Made by a program: the position numbers and the translations under genes. Below are positions 62,827-64,000 of a DNA stretch of 64,000 nucleotides, piece after piece. Position 1 is the first letter of the stretch. Each line of letters starts with the position of its first letter. The DNA lies in the NCBI RefSeq assembly GCF_018350175.1, contig NC_058368.1, forward strand, positions 15,564,001 to 15,628,000, written 5' to 3'. This DNA is from Felis catus (Eukaryota). The notes beneath the pieces are model-generated. The model saw only the letters and a program-made list of their open reading frames with translations. It was not told the DNA's origin and searched no databases.

Positions 62827-64000
62827 CCTAGCTATATAGTTATTGCTGCTTAACAAACCACCCCAAAATCTAGTGGTGTAAAACAACAATTTATTATCTC
62901 TCATAGTTCTGTATAGGATTGCTATAGTTTTAAATAGTCGTACAAATACTTTGAAGCTAGGTGTGGCAGGCTGTACTTTCCAAAGATGGCCACAACAAAG
63001 TCTCCCATTCCACATGCTCTTATGTGATGTGGCCCATTAAGGACTGGATTTTAGGGGCATCTGGGTGGCTCTTATCAGTTAAGTGTCCAACTCCTGATAC
63101 CGGCTCAGGTCATGATCTCATGGTTCCTAAGATTGAGCCCCGTGTTGGGCTCTGCACTGACAGTGTGGAACCTGCTTGGGATTCTCTCTCCCCCTGCCCT
63201 CTGTCTCTGCCACTATACTGCTTGCATGCACACACACGCACAGCATGTACACACTCTCAAAATAAATATTAAAAAAAAAAAAAAAGAATTGGATTTTATT
63301 TTGCTACCCCCTTGAATCTGGGCAGGCCCTATTCCCACTTTAACAGAATATGGCAGATGTAATGCTATGCTAGTTCAATTGAGACTGGAGGAAAGAGGAC
63401 ACAATAAATACATTTATTTATATAAATATAAATAAGCTTCCAGCTTCTGTGTTCCAACAAAGTCAGAGATCAACTGCCAAGATAGAGTGGGGAGTTGATA
63501 AGAAACTTTAGAAAAAAGGCAAAAGTTGGAAAGACACATTGAAGTCAGTGAGATGGCTAATAGTAGTCGCTTGCTAATAATCCCCTGATAATCTGTTTTT
63601 CCCTTCTTTCACAGTAATAGAATTTTGTGTTGGGAACATCGCCACACAACAAGATAGCTGACTTTCACATGATACCATGCTAAAGAAACCAGACATAAAT
63701 GATGTGTGGATGATTCCATTTATATAAAGTACAAATGCAGGTGACGCTTGCTGTTAGAGTTCAGGCATGGTTAGACTTGGGAGGGGGTAGAACCCAGGAA
63801 GAGGCATGAAGAGGCTGCTGGGGTTCTGGTATTATTATTCTTGCCCTAGATGCCAGGCATGCAAGTGTGTTCTGTTAATGCAAGTTCAGCAAGCTATACG
63901 TTTTATATACATATACATCATATTCACATGATTTTTATGTTTTTCAGTATATTGTATTTCAATCTTTTTAAGTTTTTCCTTTTTTAAGACTATTTATCAG

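Larger units (their letters stand above)
26555..63285. mobile_element. Additional dispersed Can-SINEs at approx. 26555-26780(-), 27990-28195(-), 28817-28980(-), 31223-31460(+), 31876-32097(-), 32357-32556(-), 35180-35397(-), 44832-45060(-), 46258-46474(-), 46518-46748(-), 48523-48710(+), 50061-50305(+), 63054-63285(+)
   Basis: Each has the tRNA-derived head, (CT)n and A-rich tail. The span is a summary, not one element. Confidence 0.85.

Noticed and set aside
873..63315. Many 60-110 aa ORFs (MAQLVK..., MGQRETEHER..., ...SKINKH, ERERER)
   Set aside because: They are translations of Can-SINEs and microsatellites, not genes.

Overview
Mammalian genomic DNA, most likely from a felid. About 40 tRNA-derived Can-SINEs are present, several of them near-identical young cat-type copies, along with carnivore-type L1s. 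Positions 1 to ~52,000 are repeat-dense intergenic sequence: Can-SINEs, nested L1s, MaLR/ERVL/ERV1 LTRs, hAT and Tc1/mariner DNA transposon relics, MIR/L2. This stretch also contains a decayed, intronless NDE1 retrocopy on the minus strand (~42,021-42,850). The only intact gene I can support is the 3-exon RFXAP on the + strand, with a CpG-island promoter and coding exons at 52,745-53,374, 57,851-57,958 and 60,465-60,575 (282 aa). The most notable observation is that the codon matching the human RFXAP initiator Met is ACG in a strong Kozak context, while the N-terminal 48 codons remain RFXAP-like. This points to non-AUG initiation, use of the downstream Met49, or a sequence variant/error. Repeat family names and human/NDE1 protein comparisons come from recall rather than database searches, and repeat boundaries are approximate.
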